Assembly (NCBI GenBank): GCA_977017575.1
Contig: CDRNVI010000060.1
Span: 186,001 to 250,000, forward strand
Reading direction: 5' to 3'
Length of the DNA stretch: 64,000 nucleotides
From: Paramoeba atlantica
Taxonomy: Eukaryota; Protista; Discosea
Below are positions 33,844 to 44,733 of this stretch, one piece after another (the first letter of the stretch is position 1; each line of letters opens with the position of its first letter). Below the pieces are notes generated by a model. It worked only from the letters and a program-made list of their open reading frames with translations. It made no database searches and had not been told where the DNA came from. The translations under genes were made by a program, and so were the position numbers.

Positions 33844-35526
33844 CTAGTATGCCACCTTCTCGCACTTTCGAATATCGTAAGTATCTTTACGCAACCGGGT
33901 GGCCACAATACTCCACAAGTCCCACGGAGAACATCCATCTGTTTCGAGCGAACGAATCGAAAGAAAATCCGACCACAATGGTTTATTTCTCTCCTGTCTC
34001 GCACTTTTCAGCGATTCCTCCATTTCGGACATCCAATCCCTGTTCCTAGCACGAGAACGCATCAAACTATTCCTGGAGGCAATCACCTCATCAAATGATC
34101 GGCCCAAATGCTGTGTAATCCGCGATGAAAGATTAGTCACGGAGTTTAAAAGTGCCTCCGTTAACTTTAAATCTTTACGGTGCAAAAGTGCGCACAAACG
34201 AGCCTCCCCGACGTGTTTCCACCACGGCTTTTCTTCGCCTCCTACATGTCCGGACTCTTCATTAGGCTGCCTCAACCTCTCATCTCCTCCTTCTCGAAAA
34301 CTTTCCTTACACAACGCGTATGCAACCAACAACTGCAACTCCGCGGAGGCATCAAAACGGTGATCCAGATCCTCATGACGTAGCAACTTATTGCGTGCAA
34401 AATAAACCTGCGACCGCAGCACTGTGTTAAAGTAGAAACAGGAATCTTCAAAGTGCTTGTTATCGTATGCTCGATCGCTGGCGTATCCCTTTGTGACCAA
34501 ACGACACTCCGTGGAGGTTGCACGTGTCCAAACCGGAAGAAGTAAATCCCCATCTAAATAAGATGTGCTCTGCTCCGTATGTCTCATCACCTTTTCAGTC
34601 CCCGTGATATCATACTCCATGTAGGGAAGGCGAAATTTGAGCAAGCTGTACTCGGGACGCATAATACGATGCCAGTGTCTTTGAGCCGCCATATTGTCCC
34701 GGACATGTTCCTCAAAATTAGAGCACTCTAAGGACCCCGAGCGGATGTCAGAGATAAACAACAGCGGGGTAAATGCCATCGCGGCCTCCGCCAGCGACGT
34801 GATCCCAGACGGAAGAGCAAGCGGTTCTTCAGCGATTTTCGCCACATTTTTCGTACCGCTTTGGGTTGTGTAAGTCTCCTCCATCTTTGTCTCCTCTTCC
34901 CCATTCGTCAACTCAGCACCCATCCTTGTCTCTGCACTCCCCCTTCTCCCATACCCTTCCTCTACACAACAGCGGTACAAAAACCGCAACGCCGGTGTTT
35001 TCACCATCCGTTTCGCCGCAATCCCATACGCCACCTCATTCGTAAAAAACTGCTGTCGAAGCACCAAACCCGAAGCACCCACCCGGTTTCCCCCCCTTTC
35101 CTCTTTTTCACCCTTCTCCTCTGCACCCTTTCCTCTCCATCGCTTCGCTCTTCTGTGGGTTTCCTCCCCCTCCCCCCCCTCGGGGGTCTCCGCGAAACGG
35201 TTTAACCCCGCATCAAACGGACACGGGTCGACCAGTTCGAATTGGGTCCGGTCGTACATCTCAAGTAAGGCCTTTACGTGAGTCCCCGGGGCGGCCCCCG
35301 CGTAGACGACCCAGTAGTTCTTTCTTGGGTTAGCGTACAACGAGAGGAAGGCGATCTCACTCATCAGGAGTTTGCGCTGTCCCCAGTGTGTGGTGGACTT
35401 GGGGGCGTGGGTGCGACGGGCGTAGGGGGCGGCGGGGGTGGAGGGGTCGAGACGGAACGGGACGAGCGCGGTGGAGGGGTGGTAGAGGAAGGGAGGGGGG
35501 GGAGAAAGGGGGAGAGGGGTGGTCAT
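33844..35526 (-). CDS. VP39-like cap ribose 2'-O-methyltransferase (poly(A) polymerase regulatory-subunit family; trypanosome MTr2/MTr3 cap-4 type)
   Basis: HWGQRKLLMSEIAFL, VYAGAAPGTH, LVDP, LFISDIRS, SLLKFRLPY, LPVWTRATSTECRL. Confidence 0.9.
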   Translation of the reverse strand: MTTPLPLSPPPPFLYHPSTALVPFRLDPSTPAAPYARRTHAPKSTTHWGQRKLLMSEIAFLSLYANPRKNYWVVYAGAAPGTHVKALLEMYDRTQFELVDPCPFDAGLNRFAETPEGGEGEETHRRAKRWRGKGAEEKGEKEERGGNRVGASGLVLRQQFFTNEVAYGIAAKRMVKTPALRFLYRCCVEEGYGRRGSAETRMGAELTNGEEETKMEETYTTQSGTKNVAKIAEEPLALPSGITSLAEAAMAFTPLLFISDIRSGSLECSNFEEHVRDNMAAQRHWHRIMRPEYSLLKFRLPYMEYDITGTEKVMRHTEQSTSYLDGDLLLPVWTRATSTECRLVTKGYASDRAYDNKHFEDSCFYFNTVLRSQVYFARNKLLRHEDLDHRFDASAELQLLVAYALCKESFREGGDERLRQPNEESGHVGGEEKPWWKHVGEARLCALLHRKDLKLTEALLNSVTNLSSRITQHLGRSFDEVIASRNSLMRSRARNRDWMSEMEESLKSARQERNKPLWSDFLSIRSLETDGCSPWDLWSIVATRLRKDTYDIRKCEKVAY

Positions 35527-35914
35527 GGGAGGATGAAGGGAGGAATGGGGTTAGGGAGGAAAAAGGGTTGTGGGGGTTGGTTTTGGTGATGTTTTTATTA
35601 TTTTTTAATTTTTAAGCTTGTTTGTTAAAAGCTTGTTATACGTGCTTATCCTTGTCGTACGTATTAAGCTTGCTATAATCATTGTGCTTGTTATACTTGG
35701 ACGGGTGACTCTGGGTGGGAGTGCCTGCAAGCGACAAGAGCTGTCTAAATTTCTTTTTTTTACGCTTTGTGAACCGCCAAGGATTTATTTTTTTTGCTTC
35801 ACTTAGAGGGTATGTTAGTCATATGATTGGAAGGTTAACTTTAACGATAGAGCTACAGTTTGAAAAAATGCAGTTTAAAAGATAAATGTGCAGTTTTAAA
35901 AGAGATACATTTTA

Positions 35915-37150
35915 AAGAAACCCTCGTGTTTTCTTTGGTATTACTGGAAGCAAGAAATGAAATTGCATCTCGCTCTAGTCTACACACTCAACTATAGTAT
36001 CTCGATCAAGGAGTTCTAGTAGGGAAGTCCAAAGAAGACAGGAAAGCCTTAGACGTCCTCGCTGAGGTTGGGCCAAAGGGGGACCTTTTCGTAAACCTTT
36101 CCAAGGGTGAGATCATTACTCCACCACATACGCCATTGCAACGTCATTACAACCGCTGCACATACATCTACGCTATTCCCTCGCATTCCACACTATAAAG
36201 TGCGGTACGATGGTAATTTCGATATTCTAGGTAGCCCCGTTGGCTCTGCAGATCACTGTGATGTGTTAATGATCCACGCCATCGAGCCGGCTTGTGACAC
36301 ATTGGAGGCCACAGCGTTAATCGAAGACCCACAGGTGGCTCTCACTTTGGCAAGGCAATGTGCCGGATTCTGCCAAATGGTCTACGCATTACGTACGACC
36401 CCTCCCAGGCCCCTGGAGAACTCTGCAAACAGCTGGCCAATCACTTGATGAAAGCCGTTGAGCGTGCACTCTTCCCCCTGGACCTCTGCGCCCGAGATCA
36501 AATGCAACGACCAAAAAGTCGCGGGGGTTTCGGCTTCAGATCTTCATTTCTCCACCAATCAGCCGCCTACGTTTCCTCTGTCGCTTTCGCCGCTGACATG
36601 GACAAATCGGATCCAACCGAAGCTGAGGGTTTTAGTGCTGCTGTTCGCGATATAAATATCAAGACAGGTGTCGCACTGGTCGACCCAAACGCAGGGCACA
36701 TCCCAAAAACGGCTTTCACCTACACTAGAGAAACGAATCGTCCGGCCCCGTCCAAGGAAGCGATATCTTCTCAGCCAAGCGAATAGCTCAGCCAAGCGAT
36801 ATCTGAACAGGAATTTATGTTTGTATGCCGAAGCATATGCTAGAACAAGGGCTCGTTGGGTTTCACAGTTTGAAAAAGAAGCAGGGAACTGGGCATTTGT
36901 AACCCCCTCGAAGAGTAGAGGGCTCGCTTTCACCCATAGCGAATTCCGGGCCCTCTCGCGTTGGTGGCTCGGTATGGATGTCCTCCCGGGAGACAGGCCT
37001 TGCCCGGCTGAAGGCTGCACCCTTGGGCTGCTCGAAAATGGGGAGCATGCCTTGCTCTACAAGAATGGGCACGGGATCATTGCGCGCCATAACGCTCTCG
37101 CGCAGCAATTTACAATAATGTACGTCTTTTTGCAGTAAGGCGCATCTTTT
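35915..37150 (+). pseudogene. CRE/SLACS-type non-LTR element, 5'-truncated RT + zinc knuckle
   Basis: PLVFSL, YLDQG, FVNLSK, ILGSPVG, ALTLARQCAGFCQMVYALRTTPP, SRGGFG, CPAEGC..GEHALLY..RHN; multiple frameshifts. Confidence 0.85.
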
Positions 37151-37886
37151 ACCGGAAACGGTACGGTTGACGAATCACAAACATGTGAGTACGCTCCTAA
37201 GGTGCTCCGGAATAAACCGAACAACAACAATCGCATCGGGCGCTCAACGGGCTTCAACGCTCCTATGAAACAGAAGGCTTCTCTTGCAACCAAACAAGAA
37301 TTTGATTAGACACGGGTCGTATGGCATCACAAAGATGATAGATCATTATGGGCGTCATATCGAGCCCTGGGGCATATTCGTCGCAGAACGCAAAAGCCCA
37401 CACAACAGGAAATGAATTACCCCTTACACGCTAAGATGAAACCGATGGATATCGATAAAGCGCGCTCACTGATGGAGCCATTAGTGCGTAAAAGATTTGA
37501 TGAACTTGTTCAATACTTGTATGTAAACCACCTGGAGCACGCCAGTATCTACAGAACAGTCATGAACCATCGCTTTCGAGCACAGATATCGATACACTGA
37601 TTGCTACGGAAGTGATCGAGCAGGTAACCTTGGAAGAAAAACAAAATACGCCAACACAAGGCACGGTAAAGCCATTTACTACAGTAGAAAACCGAACGGA
37701 GGGCTCACGTCGTCGATTTATAGTATGGACGATTTATAGTGCATTTGTATTGGGGACCTAACTCCTCTCCAAGCGGAGCGTCGGCCATAAATTGCTATGG
37801 CTGGCTCTCCGGATACGTCGCAAGATTTCCTGTCGTGGCCTTTATGAAAATTGGGATCCGATATCTCCGAATGTTTAGTTCCTTCT

Positions 37887-37944
37887 GAGGGGCTGCGGGT
37901 GAGGCCCAAGACGAGATCACGCGAGATCATACCCGCAACCCCTC
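37887..37944. mobile_element. 58-bp mini-element, GAGGGG TIRs, 4-bp TSD TTCT
   Basis: ttct|GAGGGGCTGCGGGT...ACCCGCAACCCCTC|ttct. Confidence 0.85.
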
Positions 37945-37960
37945 TTCTGTCGCACTTCGA

Positions 37961-38040
37961 CCCCTCTAGTTATCTGTCACTCCTACTCCCCCTAGTGTCT
38001 GTCATTGTTTCACGAAAAGTAGTGACAGATAACTAGGGAG
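37961..38040. mobile_element. MITE-like CTAGTTATCTGTCAC element
   Basis: Inverted CTAGTTATCTGTCAC / GTGACAGATAACTAGGGAG followed by TA. Confidence 0.6.
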
Positions 38041-38291
38041 TACAGTATGGTAAAAATCAACGGAAATCGGGGTCAAAAAGAAATTATTATACTAGTTAAA
38101 CGTATACTGCTTAAATTTTCATCCTTCCTGTCTGGTTCAATCACGTTGTTCACTGTTTTAACGTTTTGTTGTGCGCCCACAGCTTGTTCAGAATTCACTG
38201 CTTGAATTACTATATCTACTAGGTTTTTAGTGTAATTAGTATATCTACTAATTCGTTCAACACACCCCGTACACCATTTACCGCTAACCTC

Positions 38292-38858
38292 TCACACCCC
38301 CGCGACTTTCATCTCGTCCATACGACGGAACAACGCGTCCAGCATCCCCTCCTCCCTCCAAAAATTCGCATGGGCCCATATCGCGACCAGTATCGCGACC
38401 GCATAAAAGCAACTCATCCCGCAAAACAGCGGAAGTAACATTAAATTTCCCGAGACGAATCCAGCAAAGCAACCCCCGAGGGCGACCATGGCGTATACCG
38501 TGGAGAAGCGCTGGGCCCAGCCCGGGACGACCAGATTGATGATTTCATGAATATCCAACTCCTCGGGCAAACCCTCCGGATTGTGACCCCGAGATGAGGA
38601 GGCACCGGGGGAAGACCGCTTTCTTGCCCCCGCAGCTTTTTCCTTTTTTGTGGAGGAAATTTTAGAGGCTACGCTGTGACAGCGGGGGAGAAGCTGAAAA
38701 AGGCTGGGTGCCGTCGTTGTGGGTTTCGATGTGTTTTCGGGAGATGTGGTTATCGAGGCGATAGAGGAGGGGAGGGGAGGAGAAAGGGTGCAGGGAGAAA
38801 TCGTGAAGAGAAGGGTGAAGAGAAGGGGGAGGGAGGGAGGGAGGGTGGGAGGTGTCAT
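38292..38858 (-). CDS. Hypothetical protein with two C-terminal hydrophobic segments
   Basis: 188-aa ORF on the gene strand; two hydrophobic stretches near the C-terminus; start uncertain. Confidence 0.55.
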   Translation of the reverse strand: MTPPTLPPSLPLLFTLLFTISPCTLSPPLPSSIASITTSPENTSKPTTTAPSLFQLLPRCHSVASKISSTKKEKAAGARKRSSPGASSSRGHNPEGLPEELDIHEIINLVVPGWAQRFSTVYAMVALGGCFAGFVSGNLMLLPLFCGMSCFYAVAILVAIWAHANFWREEGMLDALFRRMDEMKVAGV

Positions 38859-39199
38859 GTGGGGTGCGGTGTTATACGTGGTTTGCGTAAGTAGGAAAGA
38901 GAATGTTTCAATTTGTAAAATTGACTAAAATTTGGGTGAAAAGGGCATACATTATTTGGAGGTGTATCTTTAGGTGTATTTTTGCACCAATTTTTCCGGC
39001 TGACAAAAAATGTTTTTTATATGTTTGAATATATTCTAGTAATGTAACTATTATAAAAGGAAGATCAGCATCACCTTTAAAAGTCTATTTGTACAACTAT
39101 ACACTGTACACTATACACTGTAAACTATACACTGTATGAGCTTCGACTGCGAAGGATCTGATACATTTGAGTGTTTCAAATCCCTAAAGGTCGTGGAAC

Positions 39200-39385
39200 T
39201 TGTGGTTACAAGGGATGTCATTATCAATGCCTGGGCCCGTCGACATGGGCTAACCTACGTGAATCCTCTTAGCCCTTGTTGTAAAGCTCACACAATGCTT
39301 TTGAAACGCATGAACGGAATGCAATGTTTTCACTGTCTTTCTCAATGTAGGAAGCGGCTACCTCTTGAATGCCCTTTTATACCGT
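39200..39385 (+). pseudogene. Possible Merlin-type N-terminal zinc-finger relic, followed by ~22-bp tandem repeats (39388-39470)
   Basis: INAWARRHGL..SPCCK..MLLK..CFHCLSQCRKR; ttatcatatccagtgcacca repeated. Confidence 0.35.
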
Positions 39386-39562
39386 GGATTATCATATCCA
39401 GTGCACCAAGTTATCATATCCAGTGCACCAAAAGTTTTTAGATTATCATGTCCAGTATATTATATCCAAAAGTATATTTTTACAATTTCAATTTACATAT
39501 TCAACTTACTTAGATATTCAATTTAGACATTTCTATTACTCGATTTTTTTCCTTCCTTCGTC

Positions 39563-40207
39563 ATGACAAACTATAAGCGGGTCAGTGAAGGAGAGAGACG
39601 CACACTACAAGAGATGTTCGAGGCGGGAGCCACGCGACATGAGATCGGCACGGCTATCGGAAAATCACATAGCACCGTTAGCCGTGAGCTGGCCTGAAAC
39701 AAAAAACGGGGTCGGCGGTACGAGGCCAGCCGTGCTCAGAGAGTATCCAAGAGACGCTTGGTAAGCAAGCCCGCGCGCCCTCGCATGATCTCTGGGCCCG
39801 TGGAGCGCCACATCAAGAAGCGCTTAGGGCAGCTTCACAGTCCAGGACAGGTTGCCAACATTTTAGTCGTTGGGACGCAAGCTTCACCGTCTGTGGATAC
39901 TATTTATCGCCATGTGACACGTGACAAAGACGACGGCGGGAAGCTCAACAAATCCCTTCGGATTCGTGGCAAGCGTCCTTATAGGCGTCGCTTCAAACGA
40001 GGTCGCCCAACGACCCCAAACAGAGTCCCGATCCGTCTTGGCCCTCGGATAGTTAACAAGAGGCGTCTGTATGGGGATTGGGAAGCAGACCTCGTGGAAG
40101 GGCATAATCACTCAGGTTACATTTTGACCTTGTGTGAGCGGAAGAGCCGATTTCTCGTTCTGCGTGTTCTACGATCGAAGCATGCCGAAGAAGTGGCGAA
40201 TCGGTGA
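39563..40207 (+). pseudogene. IS30-family transposase, truncated (HTH_38 + start of rve domain)
   Basis: MTNYKRVSEGERRTLQEM..IGKSHSTVSRELA*N, SPGQVA, TIYRHV, RRLYGDWEADLVEG..ILTLCERKSRF; TGA at 39695; stops after the first catalytic D. Confidence 0.92.
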
Positions 40208-42072
40208 AAGTAAAGGAAAATTCGCCTTTTTTATGACTTTTTAGCTTGACCTTTTTCTTTTCGTCAAAAGGACATTATCTACGTACATAATATTGTATAT
40301 GACTATTGTATACCCATTTTCCGTTATTTTCTATGGTATGCCAGGGGTGTTGGGGCCAACGTCGGGGCAATTCGTGCCAATACAGAGCACATTTAGCGGT
40401 CTTGCAGAATGCTTAAATGTTGGTTCCGTCCTCGCATCAACCGTCTCTTTTGCTCCTTTCCCCCCGGCTGACCTGTCCTCGATGCCCTTCGCCACTCTTA
40501 CCCGGATGGGCGGTGGAAGCACCTTGGCCCCAGATGTAATCTACAGTGACGCCCCTTCGCCTGGGGAGCGGTCGCTGTCCCTACCCACCATGGCACAGCA
40601 GCCCAAAACCATGGACGCTGTCCGCCACAAGCACCTTCCTGCCCCAACCGGCTCGAACCGTTTTTCACCTGGGACAGGAAGATGTGCAGTCACCCTACGG
40701 CTTGCGGTGGCCCTTAGCGCCGAACGCGATACACGAAGTATCGCGTGATGGAAAAGGAGGCCCGCGAACGTCACGGGATTACGCAGCCCCATACAGTCGC
40801 CTCCGGGCTCACCGCGTCAAGGTGCACGGCCCGAAACGCCTAAGGGCAGCGTCACGGGTCTTGCTTAGGGAACACACCCCGGAAACCAGGATTAAGACTG
40901 GGCGTTTCTCTTTTTTCAGGATGCTGTAAGAGCAGTTCTGCACGAAGGAAACCTATATCCGAAGGGCACAGGCGAACGCGACCCCTGGCGGCCCACCTTG
41001 GCCCCAGTCCCCCTTTCATTCTCCCCTTTCCCTGCGATAGCGCCAGAGCTACACCCCTCGCAGGGGGTGCCTACGCCGCCTACCAACCCCAAGGAAGACC
41101 CTTTCTCAGAATCCTTCAAGATCCTCCTCGATCTCAGGCCGCAGCGAGCTGGATTCGTCACAATAAATACGTGTTGACGGAAACTTCGACATTTTGGAGT
41201 CCGCTTCGACAATACTGCATCCGCATGTTTCTCACGGCACACGCCATTGACCCTGCACGCGGAAATCAGTGATTGGGCTCACGTGAGATCGTCAAGTCGC
41301 TATCGTCAAAATCCGCCCGTGCACAGGATTTTGTCAAATGGTTTACGCCCTTCCTACCATATCCCCACAGGCTCTTTCCCAACTTTATGGCCTACTTGAC
41401 AGAAAAATTTTCGCAGCCCTGGAGTGGGCACTCTTGAAGAGTCTTTCCCCTGGACTCCCACGCGCGTGATCAAATCCAACGCAGTACTACGAAAAAGCAA
41501 ACACCCCAAACATGCACGACTCTACTTCTTGTGCTTGAAAACACTTTTGAGCAAAACGCAAACAGTTTAATTTGTTTTCATTCGTCCAGAATGCACGCTT
41601 CCAGTCTTGGACGGGCCAATGCTGGTGGGCAATCGCAAAGTCTAATCTTTGACGTTTATGGGAGGCCGTGAGTCATGGCTTCTTTTCACTGTGAAAAGAA
41701 AAATGCCAATAAAGAATGTAAAAGTAGCTAATTACTTCGCATAGTTTTAAATGGCTTCTTTACTTTGTTTATCTCTCTATTTTCTTTTCATATGAAGGGC
41801 ATTTCGCCCGAGAAATGTCGGAGCCTTATAGACCTGTTCGAGATCGGGGAATATTTAGAGAAAGAAAGAAATTTCCGCTAATATTATTAGTGAAGGTAGG
41901 TAAGTGCATAATTATAAAATAGTACTATGAGACACACCATCTCCCAATAATTTTTAGTGTATTCATTTTTATGTATTTCAGCGAGATGATGGAAGAATCT
42001 CAGAAGTTTAAGCTATAGACCTTAAAATGAGTTGAACACATACTATATGAACAAGTCGCAAAATAATATAAA

Positions 42073-42663
42073 CTATTTAACAACAAGCTTCGTGCCAGAA
42101 TACTTCATGTCAAACTTAGGCAAACCATTTATGCGAATCTCACCATAAAGATTCACGTTATTCGAAACATAAAGCAAAGTCAATGATTCAGGAAATGTAG
42201 AAGAGTCGACTAGACCAGAAAATTCATTTCGAGAAAGAAAAAGATTTTTCATGGTTGTAGGCAGAGCTCCAAAATCAAGTTCCCCAGAGAACATATTTTG
42301 TGTGACATTGAGAACCGTCATATTTCGCGGGAGATCTCCAAAAGGAACAGGTCCTGACAAACTGTTAAAGGCAAGACGGATGTACGTAATCGATGAAGGC
42401 AGATACTCCCACATTGGCGTACCGGACATGCCTCTATCACCCCAGTCGAAGGAACTGATTAGGCCATTGGAAGCATCACAATTCACGCCGTTCCATTCAC
42501 ACGCAGGAGTGGTTATATTCCACGTTGGATCAATCTTATCCAAGTTCTGAATGTACCGCTCAAGGTCGTATTCTACGGGAAGAGTGACGCCTCTCAGCTT
42601 TCCCAATTTCGAGTGAGCTGGGATATTGTCCGCAGTTGCAACAGTCCCTGGAAAATGGAACAT
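42073..42663 (-). CDS. Leucine-rich repeat protein (short)
   Basis: 196-aa ORF; close paralog of 32795-33355. Confidence 0.92.
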   Translation of the reverse strand: MFHFPGTVATADNIPAHSKLGKLRGVTLPVEYDLERYIQNLDKIDPTWNITTPACEWNGVNCDASNGLISSFDWGDRGMSGTPMWEYLPSSITYIRLAFNSLSGPVPFGDLPRNMTVLNVTQNMFSGELDFGALPTTMKNLFLSRNEFSGLVDSSTFPESLTLLYVSNNVNLYGEIRINGLPKFDMKYSGTKLVVK

Positions 42664-42929
42664 TATAAAACAAATGAAATTACTGCAAATTTTTTACATA
42701 AAGAAAAACGTTTTTTTTGAGTTAACCGTTTTAGCCGGCCTTAGTACTCGTTTTGACAAAGGAGAGAACACTGACTTTTTTCAACCTATCGTTTGTCGGA
42801 ATTTACAGGGGGGGCGCGATGTTTCTGGGGGTGTCTAAAATTCGTAATACCGGTCTAAACTTAATTACGCCGAAACTTAATTAAGCCCAAAGGCAGATTT
42901 TGGGCTTAATTAACGTACCAACCATAATA

Positions 42930-44275
42930 AACCCCTGGCCACCAATAAGGCACCCCCTCTTATTTTTTGCATGAGGGGGTATGGTAGGGTTATCATACCA
43001 TGTTTTCGTTCAAAATTTTGAGATCTGTACGTTCCCGCTGTTTTTAGCTCATGAAAAATAAAAAAATAAAAAAATATTTTACCACTTTAACATTAGGGTC
43101 GATTTATGAAAAAATCATTCCGCAGGCCTCCGAAAGGTGGCCTCAGCCCCCTGGGGAAGGAACTCATGCTTTTAAGGTTTCAAGATGGCATCCCAAAGAA
43201 ACGAATAGCACGTAAATTGAATGTAAGCGTGAAATACATTCGAAAATACCTCCGTGATCACCCCAAAATTGAGACGAAAAAAAGCCTAAAGAAATCCCCA
43301 CAGAAAAAAAAAAATAAAGTCTCGTAAAAAAAGGATTGAAACCATTATTTCTAAGAAAGATGCGGCAGGGGTGCCAAAGTACAACAGTTCAAAGCGTATT
43401 TCTGTTGTTTTGTGCAGAAAGGGTGTTACTGCAAGCCCTCGAATTGTTCGTCGAGATTTGAGGCAAGCAGGGAATCAATATAGGCCACGCCTAATTTCAC
43501 AAGGGCTCACCGCTGTACAAAAAGAAAAACGCGTACAGTTGTCCTTAAATTACAAAGAGGACACATCGAAATTGATATTCTCAGATGAGAAGGTGTTTGA
43601 TACAAACGATAATCGAATGAAAATGTGGGTAAAAAAAGGAGAAACCCCTGCAAAGAGACTAAAGGTGCGCTGGGCGCCTAAGTGTCAGGTGTGGGGTGCT
43701 ATAGGAATTAACTGGAGATGCTTAAAAATTTTATCCAGCAGGACCTCTATTACCCACGAAACATACATAGACACACTAAAACATGTTTATTTCCCCCGCA
43801 AAAGAATATTTCAACAAGATGGTGCCACCGCTCATACGGCCAAGGCCACCATAAGTTACCTGAACAAACGAAAAATTAATCTACTAAAAAATTGGCCCCC
43901 AAATTCTCCCGATCTTTCTCCCATTGAAAACATATGGTCAATGGTACAACAAGACGTAAATGAAAAGCTACCATCTACAGTTTCCGAACTGCAAAGGTGT
44001 ATTCTAAACACATGGAGTTCTTTACCGACTGAGATGATAAATGATACCATCTTAAGTTTCGATCGTAGACTGAAGGCCTGCGTCGAACTAGGTGGCGAAA
44101 AGGTAAAAAAGTGGTAAATAGTTTCCACTTTATAAATAGCTATAGGACTAGTGACCAAGTGTGGGAGGACATAAATCCCGAACTGAGATCTGCAAAATGC
44201 CATTGAAATTAGCTCAAACAAACAAATCAAGCATCGAATTTTTAGAGAGGGGGTGCCTTATTTTGGCCAGGGGTT
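42930..44275 (+). mobile_element. Tc1/IS630-like DNA transposon, full length (1346 bp)
   Basis: ~31-bp TIR AACCCCTGGCCA..AATAAGGCACCCCCTCT; TA TSD at 42928-29 and 44276-77. Confidence 0.95.
43106..44117 (+). CDS. Tc1-like DD35E transposase split by a +1 frameshift in an A11 run
   Basis: HTH ORF 43106-43327 and DDE ORF to 44117 (IFSDEK, FQQDGA, WPPNSPDLSPIENIW); removing one A at 43304-14 fuses them. Confidence 0.88.
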
Positions 44276-44289
44276 TATATTAATTATTA

Positions 44290-44733
44290 AGTAAGGCTCT
44301 ACGTCCCCGGCTTATCCGTGGGCCTGCGGATCGCCATATTAAGAAGCGCTTAGGATAACTTCACAGCCCCGGAGACGTAGCCAACACCTTAGTTGTTGGC
44401 TCACAGGCTTCACCGTCCGTGACCACTATTTATCGCCATGTGACACGTGACAAAGACGACGGCGGGAAGCTCAACAAATCCCTTCGGATTCGTGGCAAGC
44501 GTCCTTATAGGCGTCGCTTCAAACGAGGTCGCCCAACGATCCCAAACAGAGTCCCGATCCGTCTTGGCCCTCAGATAGTTAGCAAGAGGCGTCTGTATGG
44601 GGATTGGGAAGCAGACCTCGTGGAAGGGCATAATCACTCAGGTTACATTTTGACCTTGTGTGAGCGGAAGAGCCGATTTCTCGTTCTGAGTGTTCTACGA
44701 TCGAAGCATGCCGAAGAAGTGGCGAATCGGTGA
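44290..44733 (+). pseudogene. Second IS30 transposase fragment
   Basis: Homologous to 39760-40207; same 3' truncation point and tail GGTGAAAGTAAAGGAAAATTCGC. Confidence 0.9.

Noticed and set aside
35843-35862. AACGATAGAGCTACAGTTT, SL-like, upstream of the CRE relic
   Set aside because: Lacks the CTGTACT core; too short to distinguish from chance
40293-41500. GC-richer stretch possibly from a DIRS/TATE/VIPER-like element (AGFVTIN..HFGVRFD)
   Set aside because: No YxDD or recombinase motif recoverable; too weak to call
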